Positions 10,271 to 20,692 of a DNA stretch of 64,000 bases are shown here, piece after piece. Below the pieces are notes generated by a model, which saw nothing but the letters and a program-made list of their open reading frames with translations, searched no databases and was not told the DNA's origin. Location: assembly GCF_000142905.1 (NCBI RefSeq), contig NW_013657632.1, forward strand, positions 186,001 through 250,000, written 5' to 3'. Numbering within the stretch: the stretch's first letter is position 1; each line of letters starts with the position of its first letter. This DNA comes from Thecamonas trahens ATCC 50062 (taxonomy: Eukaryota; Protista; Apusomonadida). The position numbers and the translations under genes are program-made.

Positions 10271-11040
10271 CCCCTAACGGTACGGTCGTTCGGACGCGTT
10301 GTCGCGCCTCTCAACGTGAGCAACTTGATGATGCTTGACTTCCAGGTCACCAGTAGACGATGCGCGACGCCTGCTTGGCCTGCGGCTTGAGGTAGGAGGC
10401 GTACCTGCACGTGATGGCGGCCGACACGGAGACGCCTGCCTGAAGGATGCCCGAGTTGCTGCCGCGGTGACGACCCCAACGACCGGGAAGGAGAGCATCA
10501 GTTGTGGATCTTCTTGCGACGGACGAGCTTGCCGGTCGGCGTGGCTGCGCAAGTGGTGGCACGCCATCCTGTACTGGACTCTGGACGCCGCGTACGCGCT
10601 CTACGCTGACGCGAGCCCACGCCCCGTCATGACTCGCGTGGCTTTTCTCAACGACATCATCGACGCCCTCGCCGCCAGTGCCGACGCCGTCAGTTCGCGC
10701 CCTCGCCGCCAGCGCCGACGCCGTCAGTTCCGCGCCGTCGCACAAGCGGAAGCGTCCCTCTGCAGCGGCTGCTCGTCATCACCACCTTTCCCTGCGAGCC
10801 GCTCTGCGACGCGACTGCCTCGCCTGCCGGTAGCTTCATGATAAGCGATCGCGGCCGTGGACCTTTTGCGCCGCGTGCGGCGTTCATCTCTGCATCGCCG
10901 ACTGTTTTCTGCTGTGGCAGCCAGTAACACATTGTACTACTCTTTTACAACAATTCATGGACGTGCGACGTCTGTGCAGCGTCGCCGAGCGCGGCTTGCG
11001 CGATGGACAAACCTGTCCATTCCGTGGCGTAAACGGCTAA
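10267..11040. mobile_element. Degenerate, internally deleted piggyBac-like element
   Basis: Starts TTAA|CCCCTAACGGTACGG and ends CCGTGGCGTAAACGG|CTAA (13/19 inverted match including the TSD). Internal + frame RKWWHAILYWTLDAAYALY...RVAFLNDIIDAL resembles the piggyBac transposase C-terminal region. Confidence 0.65.
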
Positions 11041-11050
11041 ACGGCTCTTG

Positions 11051-14000
11051 CTACGGGTTCGAGGATGGGAATACCTCGATCATGTCGCCGGTCTTGAGCA
11101 TCGCCACGTCGGTATCGTCCAGGATGGGGATGCGGATACCGCTGTTGACCGGAGGCATGTTCTCGAGCGACTTGGTCATTGCGCTGTATCCACCAGTGCC
11201 GGCCGATGGAGAAAAGAGCTCGAGCCGCGCAACTGTGGCGTCGATGCCGAGCGCGAGCACAGCCTCGCGCTTGAGCCACACAAAGGCGCCGGCCAGCATT
11301 CGAGCATGGGCAGGAATCGCGACCTGTGCCCGCCGGCCTTGGCAGAGGAGTGTAACGTCGGCTGAGCTGGCCTGATCATCGGAAACCTGCTTCTTCAAAG
11401 AGCCCGAGCCCATCCGCTGGTGGCCCCACGAGCTCTTGCCGCGGCGCCCGTGCGACGATAGCACCAGAGAGGCCGCCATACGTGGGTTTGAAGCTTCGCG
11501 CATGAGTGCGCCCCGCTCGAACCGGCGCGGCGTGGCATGGCTAGTTCCTGTCGACCTACCCGAGCCGGCGTCGGCCGACACGGCGCCAGGCAGGTCATTG
11601 GAGCCCTCCGAGACGACGTTCGACGACAACGACGATGAGGAGGACAACGACGACGAGTGTACCGACGAGACTGCTGACGACTTATCTGGGCGCTTCGGCG
11701 AGATCTTGGTATTGGCTGGAGGCTTCCGCATGACAACCGAGCTCGCCGATGGATGGGTCGACATGCCCGCTGACGACGTACCAGCTGCAGAAGCGGCGCA
11801 TGAGGTCTCGTCGATGGCCGAAAGCAGGTCGTTCGAGACGTGAAGTGAGCTTTTGTCGCCAGCGGCCGAGACCATGGCCACCAGGCCGTCACGGACCGAC
11901 TCGGGGTTACGGGTCTGTGAGATATTGCCGAGAAAGAGCGACGAGGACCGCGGGCGCCCCGAGTCGGAAACAGCCGACGACCGGGCGACGGCGCTTGGAC
12001 GCTCGGCTGCCTGTCCTGTCGCGTTGTCATCAGCCGAGCCCTCCATGGCCGACGCAGTGCTGGAGCGAGTCAGGTTCTGGATCGAAGTCAACGGATCGAG
12101 CGAGCCGGTGCCCGGCGGCGGGAGCTCGTCGACGGCGACGAGCGCGCGGCGAATTTCAGCAAGGCGGCGACGAGCAGTGGGCACAATGTCGATGTGCGGG
12201 ACGTCGTTGGGGAACTTTTCGAGGATGGCCTGGAAGTCTTCCTTGCGCAGCACGTCGAGATCGCATGGAGTGATGGCGACAACAGAGGCCGTGCGCCGCG
12301 CGTCGTCGGAAATGAGCGCAATTTCGCCAAAGTACGAGCCGGAGCCGAGCGTTTTGTACACCAGCTTGCCGTCGCCGGAACGGATCTCGACCATGCCGCG
12401 CGAGAGAATGAACAGCTCATTGCCAATCTGTCCCTCGCGGACAATGTGGTCACCCTGGGCGGCGGCCTGCGGGGTGAGGTGCAGGATGACTTCGGTGACA
12501 AACTCGGGCGAGACGTTCTTGAACAGCGAGACATTGCGGAGCTTGACGTCCATGATAAACTGGGCGACGGTGAGCCGGAGAGCCGGGGAGAGCTCGCGAA
12601 GGATGCGCGCCTCATCGAGAACCGCGCGGTGCCGAGTGTAGGCGAACATGTAGTGCTCGCGAATGAGGACACGCAGCTTGCGCGGAAGCTGGCGGTACTT
12701 CATGTACACGTTGACCTCGTCCAGCCGTTTGCGCGTCGGATTGAACGACATCCGCTGGACAAGGTAGGTCATCTCACCGACAGCGTACGAGAACATAGAG
12801 ACGCCGACCACGACCGCAAAGATGATAAAGATGCGCTCGACAAGCGTCTCGCCCACAATGTCGCCGTACCCGGTGGTGGTGATCATTGAAATAGCAAAGT
12901 AGAACGAGATGACGTACTGGCGTACCACGTACTTGTTGGTCATGTCTGCAGCGTCGAGCCAGGTCACCACATCGGCGTCCTGCAGCTCGGCGGTGAGGAA
13001 GAAAGGCATGCGAGAAAGTGCGAGAGGACAAGCAGGATGACAATGAGCTTGATGAGCTTGAAGACCGACGAGTTGACCCGCATGTGGGCCTGCCACTTTC
13101 GGTAAATGCGCGAGAGACGGAAGAGCCGGACCATGCGGACAAGCCGGATGAGCCGGAGAATGCGGAGAAGCTTGGGAAGCCGGAGCAAGTTCCGCGACGA
13201 GGTGTCGACCGTCATGGTGAGAACAAGGTCGATGGGCAGCGCCGAGATAAAGTCGACGGCAAACCAGCCCTTGAGGTAGTTACATGTGATCTCACGCGGC
13301 GAGGTGACAAGAACGCCGGAGCGGTAGAAGGCTGTTCGGAAGTTGACAATGATGTCGATGACAAAGAGGACGTCAAACGTCGACTCTATGACAAAAAAGA
13401 AGCCTGTTGCCTCGACCGAGAAGCAGACCCGGAACGGGATGACCATGACCATGTACATGAGCACAATGGCGATGATGAGGTCGAAGATTTGGTGCCCCCG
13501 CGCGTTCGGGTGGAACACAGTCTTGGAGCCGGTCTTTTCCTCGCCGAGCATCCCGATCTCGACCGCCGATCGCGACGCACGCACCTTGCTTGCTGGTGTA
13601 ACGCTCGATGAGCTGCGGCAGCAGCAGCAGCAGAAGACCGAGGCCCACGACCGGCGGCGGCGGTCGTCGTCGGCCTCGTTCACGGTGCCATCAGCGGCAG
13701 TCCGTGGGCCAAACTCGGCTGAGTACGGCGACGACGCTCCCACAAGATGTGGCGAGGGTGCTCCCGAGCCGGCCTCTGCCGTGGCGGCCGCGGCGCGCGC
13801 ACGTGCTGCAGCGCTCTTGGGCGCAAATGGCGCGAGTGACGAGAGATTCACGAGAGGATCGTCAATGTTGTACGTATTAGCTGGGCTTCCGTCGAGCTCG
13901 TATATCGCCGGCGTGGCCGTGTGCAGCGGCATGACAAACGGCAGCGCGTCCGGATTTGAGCCTGCCATCGAGTCCGGATCGACGTTGGTCACGTTGATGA

Positions 14001-14412
14001 CCGGCTGTGCATAGTGGGCGCTCGATGCCGCAGACTCGTCAAGCGTCACGCGCTTGGCCTCGCGCTCACGCAAGTTCTCGAGCAACGTAGGTCCATCGGT
14101 GTGAAAGATGGCAAGCTCGGGCAGGACCCGCGGACGCGACCGCGGGCGCGAATGCGACGGACTGGCGGATCCGGCCGATCGGTTGCGGACATGGCGGCCG
14201 ACCTGCGGTGACGCACCACCTCCGCCACCTCCGCCAAACCTCGGCGATGTACCTCCTCCGCCAAACCTCGGCGAGCTCCGCCCACCGCGCCTGGGCATGT
14301 TCGGCTGCGAGAGCAACGGGCGATTGACCGAGGCTTCGAGCGACGAGGCCGATGACGCCGATGGCGGCGTCCCAGGAGGAGAGCCATGGCAGTCTGGATG
14401 TTCTGAGCTCAT
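11051..14412 (-). CDS. Cyclic-nucleotide-binding K+ channel (KCNH/HCN/plant Shaker-like), frame broken at about 13002
   Basis: S1-S4 (YLKGWFAVDFISALP, LLRILRLIRLVR) are in ORF 12964-14418. Pore TTTGYGD, C-linker and CNBD (FGEIAL...RRTASV) are in ORF 11051-13096. One extra base in the T-run gives HFLACLFFLTAE. Confidence 0.9.
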
Positions 14413-15080
14413 TTCCACTCACTCGTTTCAGCAGCGGTGGGGGGGGGGGGGGGGGGCGCCTTTGGGTGTCTTGCCGTGGTCTAGGCTCCCGCTGGCCCGA
14501 CTTGAGAGAGTGTAGGTGAGGGAGATGTGGTTGAGGGGTGAGGGGGGGAGGGAGTGGGATGGGAGGGGGATGGCACAGAAGGGTGGGAGGGTGGGTGGGT
14601 GAGTGAGGAGGAGGAGGGGTAGGGGGGTGCGGTGTGGTGCGGTGTGGTGCGGTGCGGTGTGGCTGTGGCCAGGTGGGGAGGCCCGAGCCACAGCCCGTCC
14701 GCCCGCAATTCTCCCGCCGAACGATTCAGGGGATCGGCAAAAATTCGGTGGACTCGTTCAGTTGGCGTTCAGTTGTGTGAGTGAACGCATACACATTGAG
14801 CGTGCGTTCAGTTTCTGTTCAGGCTGAGCCCCAACTGAACGAATTTTGAAGGCACACAAGCTCAGCTACGCAGCAGTGACGTGAGTTGGAGCACCACACT
14901 CGACTTACCCTTACGCAAGGTAGGGCACAGTTTCGGCGATATGGCAGCGACATGATGGGGGAGAGACACTTCAGTACGGTATTGCTGGCGTAGGGGGGGG
15001 GGGGTTAGGGGAGTTATACACTCACGTTGGTGTCCTTGTCACCACGCAGACAGCCGGTAGATTCTACCACCACTGCCGCA

Positions 15081-16133
15081 ATGGATCAGGACCTCGTGAT
15101 GCCACAGAGCGACGAAATGCAGCATGCTTCAGCTTCAGAAGCGTCTCATGATACCGCCGAAGAGGTGAATCCCCCTACTGCTGGTTCCGAGGGCAAACAG
15201 CAGGCCTTGCCTGACAACACCAGCAACGTCGAGACGGCAGTCTTGTCCCCACCCGCTGCGCCATGCAGCCAAGAAGTGGACACTACTGAAGCACGAAGCT
15301 CACCTCGCAAGGCAAAGACCACATCGTCACGCTATCGCAAAAAGCGCGTTTGTGTCCGCTGGGGAGAGCCCGGAAGAATGCAGGATCTAGCCCAGGCGTA
15401 CTACGACGTGGTGACGAAGTACGACTCCTCCAGCTCCACTGCCGGCAGAATGCACAGGTCCATTGCCAAGATCTTGAACGAGAAGTGGGGCAATACTGAT
15501 GACGGTGGGCAAGTGTCTACCCAGACTGTGTCCAAGCAACTCAACCGCCTCCTGTCAAGGGTGCGCGAGCAGGAGGTGTTCTTGACCCAGTCCGGGAAGC
15601 GGGCCGACGAAGGGCCGCTGCCGCCCAGGAACCCACATCTGCATCAGGTGTACATGACTATCACCCAGGCTTGGCAATCATCCGGCCGGCGCAAGCCTCT
15701 CATCAAGCCCATTGACACTTCAGACGACACAAGTGTCCAGTTCGATGTGCTCGAGTCCATGTCCCAGGAGCAGTCGACAAGGCGGAATCGGACCTCCGTG
15801 CACGTCCCTGAACGAGCCGTCGGCAACACTTCGTCGAGGACGACGTCATCTTGCGATTCAGATCCGGGCACGCCATCTGCTGAAACGCCTCGCAAGCGGC
15901 GTCGTTCTGGCGACAGCAGCGGATGTCCGTCCTCGGCGAAGAAGCGCAAGGTCCACTCCGTGGCCGATTCTCAGAAGCTCGTCGATCTGACCGAGAAACA
16001 CATCATGCTGTTTGAGGCCAGTGCCACTGCCGACCAGAAGCACAAGGATGCCATTCTCAGCGTGGCAACTAGTACTCTTGATGTACTGAAGCACCTGACC
16101 GTGACTTTTGACAAGATTGCAGCTTCACTGTAG
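15081..16133 (+). CDS. Harbinger ORF1, Myb/SANT-like (trihelix) DNA-binding protein
   Basis: VRWGEPGRMQDLAQAY...SIAKILNEKWG...STQTVSKQLNRL trihelix-like spacing, an NLS-like RKRRR and a C-terminal coiled coil; lies inside the TIRs. Confidence 0.75.
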   Translation: MDQDLVMPQSDEMQHASASEASHDTAEEVNPPTAGSEGKQQALPDNTSNVETAVLSPPAAPCSQEVDTTEARSSPRKAKTTSSRYRKKRVCVRWGEPGRMQDLAQAYYDVVTKYDSSSSTAGRMHRSIAKILNEKWGNTDDGGQVSTQTVSKQLNRLLSRVREQEVFLTQSGKRADEGPLPPRNPHLHQVYMTITQAWQSSGRRKPLIKPIDTSDDTSVQFDVLESMSQEQSTRRNRTSVHVPERAVGNTSSRTTSSCDSDPGTPSAETPRKRRRSGDSSGCPSSAKKRKVHSVADSQKLVDLTEKHIMLFEASATADQKHKDAILSVATSTLDVLKHLTVTFDKIAASL

Positions 16134-16161
16134 TCTACGGCGACGTGGGACAAGATCACGT

Positions 16162-17649
16162 TCAACAGCATCGGCGACCTGTCAGAGAGTCAGGTCGACG
16201 ATGTTGATAGTGACGAGTTCGTTCAAGCGTTCCTGGTTCGATTGCTTCAACAAAGGCAGCAAATACATCATCTGAGCTTACATCGATGGTGGCGCTGAAG
16301 TCCGTTGCGTCATCGGCATGAACCCCGGCCATCAAGTAGTTGTGGAGGCGGAATGCAGCGCTGATCATCGAGTTGTTGAGCTGATCTAGTTCTGTGGTCA
16401 TACGAAGTAGGTACTGAAAGCGGCTCTTGAGCACTCCAAAGGCACGCTCGATGCAGTTCCTTGCTCTGCACTGTGGATCCCTTCTCTCAGACACTCCCGA
16501 ACGCGGGGTGACAATGTAGGGGAACACCGTACCACGGAATATGGCATCCCCGAGAATGGTGAACCCGGCACCGGTTGGATTGATACCGAAACGACGCGGA
16601 TTAGCGTAGAGGTTGCTCAATTTCAACATGTTGACATCGTTCGTCGAAGCTGGAAACCCCACGACGCAGTTGATGAACTGCACCGTGTCGATTGCAACCG
16701 TGCATAGAGCACTAATGCGAGGGCCGGACCTTCGCCCGTGAAGCGCAATCTGATCGTCGCCATGTGGATTCTGAGCCAGGCAGAAGTCAGTTCCATCCAC
16801 ACAAGCAAACGCGCGTCGCAGCTTTGCCTCTTCACTAGCCTCAAAAGGCTGACCGCCGCGCGAGATCGAGTCCGCGATGTCCATATCCCACTTTCCTTGG
16901 CGAGAACGCACAATGGCTGTGATCTCTGCAACATCCGGCCACTGTAATGGCATCATTTTCATCACGCGCCGCGACACTCGCTCGAGGATGTTCTTCAGGG
17001 ACGAGGCGCTTACGTTGAGGAGAAGGGCAGCAGACCGGAGTCGCATTGCACCGTGACCAAGAACAAAGAGGAACACGGCCAACGCCTTCTTGGGGTGGAT
17101 AGGGGGCCTCCCAACTCGACCAGCGCGTAGGACAACCTGCATTCGCCCGCGGGTATGGTTGGAAGTGAGATCAATCATCCAATCGTCACCGAATAGGAGC
17201 TGCCCGAGTTGATCGAACGACGACTGCGGCATGCGCAATAGAAAGCGAAACGCCTGATCACTTCCCCCAAGCAGCAGCATCAACAGCGGATCACCAAGGA
17301 ACGGTCTTGGCGTCAATCTACGAGCAGTAGCAGCAGCTTCCGCCGCCATAGCCATCTCGTCCCTGGCCGTGGCGATGGTAGAGACACACGCACTGGCGCG
17401 GCGGACGGGCCCGCCTTCACCGACCTCCCACATGAATATCTGTGTGACCAAGTTGACAACCAGGTATGCACAAAGCATCCCAAACATCGCCGCAGCTTTG
17501 AGAAGTGACACGCGCTGAGATCGGAGAGCATGACGTGAGGGCACAGCTTCATCTGGCTCGACGCCGTCGTCGATGTCTACATCGGTGTCGTCGACCCACC
17601 GGGGCTCTCCGCTGCTCTGGCGCTCATTAGTGCATTTCCTTGACTCCAT
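16162..17649 (-). CDS. Harbinger DDE transposase (DDE_Tnp_4/HARBI1-like)
   Basis: FRFLLRMPQSSFDQL, HTH (ALAVFLFVLGHG...), CVDGT, FPASTND, ILGDAIF, RNCIERAFGVLKSRF, LHNY. The D-D-E triad is intact. Confidence 0.92.
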   Translation of the reverse strand: MESRKCTNERQSSGEPRWVDDTDVDIDDGVEPDEAVPSRHALRSQRVSLLKAAAMFGMLCAYLVVNLVTQIFMWEVGEGGPVRRASACVSTIATARDEMAMAAEAAATARRLTPRPFLGDPLLMLLLGGSDQAFRFLLRMPQSSFDQLGQLLFGDDWMIDLTSNHTRGRMQVVLRAGRVGRPPIHPKKALAVFLFVLGHGAMRLRSAALLLNVSASSLKNILERVSRRVMKMMPLQWPDVAEITAIVRSRQGKWDMDIADSISRGGQPFEASEEAKLRRAFACVDGTDFCLAQNPHGDDQIALHGRRSGPRISALCTVAIDTVQFINCVVGFPASTNDVNMLKLSNLYANPRRFGINPTGAGFTILGDAIFRGTVFPYIVTPRSGVSERRDPQCRARNCIERAFGVLKSRFQYLLRMTTELDQLNNSMISAAFRLHNYLMAGVHADDATDFSATIDVSSDDVFAAFVEAIEPGTLERTRHYQHRRPDSLTGRRCC

Positions 17650-17987
17650 CCACACACAAGAACGTTTCCTACAATGCTTCTGCCACAGTGAACTTGGGAG
17701 CAGTGTGTAGGGTCAATGCCGAGAGTGTGACGACCGCAGGCGGACTGCGTCCCGCCGTCCCTTGGCCAACCGGTAGAATTGACCACATCGCACTGACTGA
17801 ACATTTTCTCGAACATGTTGAGTAGGTGAACGTGCCGAAGTTGAAACGACAGCTGAGCGTGTTGAGTTACATCGAGTTTTTGCCGAACCCCTCAATCATT
17901 CAACCGAATGATGGATTTGGTTTGGACTCGATAGCAAAACGGCTGGCAGCTGACCGGCCGGCCACACGTGCTCACCTCGCTCGCTTT

Positions 17988-18086
17988 CGCCCTCGCCCTC
18001 GCCCCCGCCCTCGCCCTCGCCCTCGCCCTCGCCCTCGCCCCCGCCCCCGCCCTCGCCCCCGCCCTCGCCCTCGCCCTCGCCCTCGC
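17988..18086. repeat. (CGCCCT)n hexamer microsatellite, about 16 units
   Basis: Directly visible. The minus strand reads (AGGGCG)n, which could form a G-quadruplex. Lies upstream of the POT transporter. Confidence 0.95.
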
Positions 18087-18188
18087 TCGCGGTCGGTCTT
18101 CGGTCTTCTCGGCTCTACTACCCAGTCAGAGGTGGAGCAAGGGCTACACGGCTACGTATACCGTCCTCCCCCTCCCCTCGTCATCGCC

Positions 18189-19712
18189 ATGGCCGACAAC
18201 GCCAAGAGCGAGAACGGCCAGCGGCAGATGAGGGCCCTGTACACGATTTACGCGGTCATTGTGCTGCAGTCGTTTGCACAGTCGGGAACGCAGGCCATTC
18301 TAGCCATCTACTTTCAGAACTATGTCGGCGAGTCCGAGTCGCGTGCGACAGCATTTGTCAACATCTTTATGGCGCTGTACAACTTGTTTGGCCCCGTGGG
18401 TGCAGTCCTCTCCGACTACAAGCTCGGCAACTATGTGACTCAGGTGTGGTCGGCGGCGATCTGGACGCTGGGCGCGCTTATTATGATGGCATCGACAGTG
18501 CCTGGGGCGCTGGAGCTGGGAGACTGGATCAAGGCTGTCTCGGCGTTTGTCGGCCTCGCCTTTACGGCTGTGGGATACGGCATGATCAACCCGATCCAGT
18601 CAGTGTTTGTGGCGGACCAGTTTGGGCCTGGGCAGGAAGAGGCGATGGTCCGGTCGTTTGGCATCTTTTACGCGCTGTGCAATGTGGGCAACCTGATGGG
18701 CGAGTTTGGCGGACCTGTTCTCCGCGAGTACGTCTCGTACTTTTCGATCCTCGTCTCTGTGGCCGGCGCCTCGTTGTTTGCGCTTGCGTTGTTTGTGGCC
18801 GGTGTGGTGTGGTACCGGCGAGTGCCTGCTAAGAAGTGGATTCCGCCGCTGCCGCCGGGCCACGACCCGACGGCCACGGTCTCGACGCCGCGGGCTGTGT
18901 GGCACTCGCTCCGATCGCTCGGGCACATCTGCAAGGTCTTTGCCCCACTGCCTGTCTTTTGGGCCCTGCTCTATCTCCAGTCGTCGGTGTGGATTTTCCA
19001 GGGCGAGCAGATGTCGCTGACGCTCAAGGGCAATATCCGGATTCCGCCGGACATCATGCCGTCGCTGGACGACATCCTCTGCGTTGTCCTCATCCCGATC
19101 ATGGAGTATGGGGTGTATCCGCTGTACGCGCGACTCCGTGGGCATCCGCTGTCGACGCTCGGGCGAATGGCGTGTGGTATGGCGGCCGTCTCGATCGCCA
19201 ACGTCCTCACTGGCACGTTGCAGGTCTACATCGACTCGCAGCCGGCCAACTCGGTGACCATTGCATGGCAGATCCCGCAGTACATCTTTATCTCGCTCGG
19301 CGAGATTATGGTGGCCGTACCCGGCCTCGAGTTTGCGTACTCGCAGGCGCCGCCCGCCATGAAGAACATTGTGACGGCGCTGTGGTGCCTGACTCAGGCC
19401 ATGGGCTCGCTCCTCGACGCCGGCCTCTTCTCGCTGCCCTACGTCTCTAGAGCTCGCCCGCCAGTCTTCTACGGCCTCGCCCTGCTCATGGCGCTCTTCC
19501 TCGGCATGTTCATGTGGCTCACCTCGTCGTACGAGTACCTCGAGACCGCGACGGCAACGCTGGAAGAGATCGAGCCGCCGCCGCCGCCGCGCTCCAAGCC
19601 GTGCCCGCGGCTGGGTCTCGACCCCGAGTCTGCGCCACTGCTGGCGTCGGCTCCGGCGGCGGGCCTGCAGGCCGACAGCGGAGGAGCGGCGGCGCGGGCT
19701 CGCGCCATGTAA
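18189..19712 (+). CDS. POT/PTR family oligopeptide transporter (SLC15-like MFS)
   Basis: GAVLSDYKLGNY, GYGMINPIQSVFVADQF, FYALCNVG, PLPVFWAL, WQIPQYIFISLGEI, GLEFAYSQAPPAMK. Confidence 0.92.
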   Translation: MADNAKSENGQRQMRALYTIYAVIVLQSFAQSGTQAILAIYFQNYVGESESRATAFVNIFMALYNLFGPVGAVLSDYKLGNYVTQVWSAAIWTLGALIMMASTVPGALELGDWIKAVSAFVGLAFTAVGYGMINPIQSVFVADQFGPGQEEAMVRSFGIFYALCNVGNLMGEFGGPVLREYVSYFSILVSVAGASLFALALFVAGVVWYRRVPAKKWIPPLPPGHDPTATVSTPRAVWHSLRSLGHICKVFAPLPVFWALLYLQSSVWIFQGEQMSLTLKGNIRIPPDIMPSLDDILCVVLIPIMEYGVYPLYARLRGHPLSTLGRMACGMAAVSIANVLTGTLQVYIDSQPANSVTIAWQIPQYIFISLGEIMVAVPGLEFAYSQAPPAMKNIVTALWCLTQAMGSLLDAGLFSLPYVSRARPPVFYGLALLMALFLGMFMWLTSSYEYLETATATLEEIEPPPPPRSKPCPRLGLDPESAPLLASAPAAGLQADSGGAAARARAM

Positions 19713-19722
19713 GGAGTGCATA

Positions 19723-20518
19723 CTAGGTGAAAAAGGTGTGGACCATGGCGTTATACTTGGGAGTCGTGATCTCCTCGCCAAAGGTGTTGATGAGGGTGAG
19801 GCGGAGCGTGTGCTCGCCGGGCTGCAGGCCCTCGAGCTCGTACGGAACCCACTCGTCGACGTCGTCAACAACCTCGTTGTCGACAACAATACGCACAGCA
19901 TAGGTCTCGGGTGAGAGATCAACGTTGTGGACGAAAAAGTCGATGACCTGGTCGGCCTGGATGGTGATGATCGATGGCTGGCCAAACATGAACGGCCGCT
20001 CGAGCTGGACGAGCTGCCGCTTGACGTAGAACTCGGCTTCAACGTACGCCATGTCCGACTTGACACACGTGTGATCCGAGTACACCAGGAACGCCCGCAC
20101 CAAGTGATATCCAGTAGCCAGATTCCGCAGTTGGCACTGGTTCGACGAGATGAGCTGGACGCCGACATCATCCATGGCCACGCCGATAAAGTTGGTCTCA
20201 AGTGAGAAGCCTGCCACGTCAAAGTCAAGCCGCAAGTCCGCAGGCATCACTCGCGAGAGATCGGTCACCAGTCTGAGGCATGTCTTCTACTCCCCTCCCC
20301 CCCCGGCAAAGCAAGTTCGTCTTTCTTCTGTGAGTTTTCCCCCGCAATGCCCATTGTCTCCCTGTCCAAACGGTGGAAGCGCAGGAGAACCGCCAGCTCA
20401 CATGCCACACACACACACACACACACGCCAACTGCCACAGCCATAACATTTCCGACCATACATTGCTTTCTTCGGGCTGCGGCAACGGCACAGCCCTAAC
20501 TTGTCCAACTCCTGCCAT
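19723..20518 (-). CDS. Unknown beta-rich protein of about 206 aa, 2 exons (20518-20462, 20286-19723)
   Basis: MAGVGQVRAVPLPQPEESN|KTCLRLVTD joined by a phase-0 intron 20461-20287 (GTATGG...ACTCAC...TAG). Host-like codon usage; Ig-like end (LQPGEHTLRLTL). Confidence 0.65.
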
Positions 20519-20692
20519 GTTGCGAATGAGTATCGGGAGAGGTGGAGTGTACAGGGAGGGGGGGAGGGGGGGGGGTCATGATCATGATCATGATCATGAT
20601 CGTGGCTATGATTTTGGTGTCGGGGAGTGATTGGAGGTGACGGCGACTTGGAGGACACCACCAGCCCCTCGACCCAGCCACACCTCTTCTCC

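Larger units (their letters stand above)
14729..17891. mobile_element. Full-length PIF/Harbinger DNA transposon (3163 bp)
   Basis: TIRs GGGGATCGGCAAAAATTCGGTG (14729-14750) and CATCGAGTTTTTGCCGAACCCC (17870-17891), 19/22 match. TCA TSD at 14726-14728 and 17892-17894. Two convergent ORFs; lower GC than the host genes. Confidence 0.93.

Noticed and set aside
15001-15011. TTAGGG as telomeric repeat
   Set aside because: A single copy next to a G-run inside the transposon.
17826-18188. Poly-(Arg-Pro) N-terminal extension of the POT transporter
   Set aside because: Starts at a GTG inside the transposon end and reads through a microsatellite; the real ATG is probably 18189.
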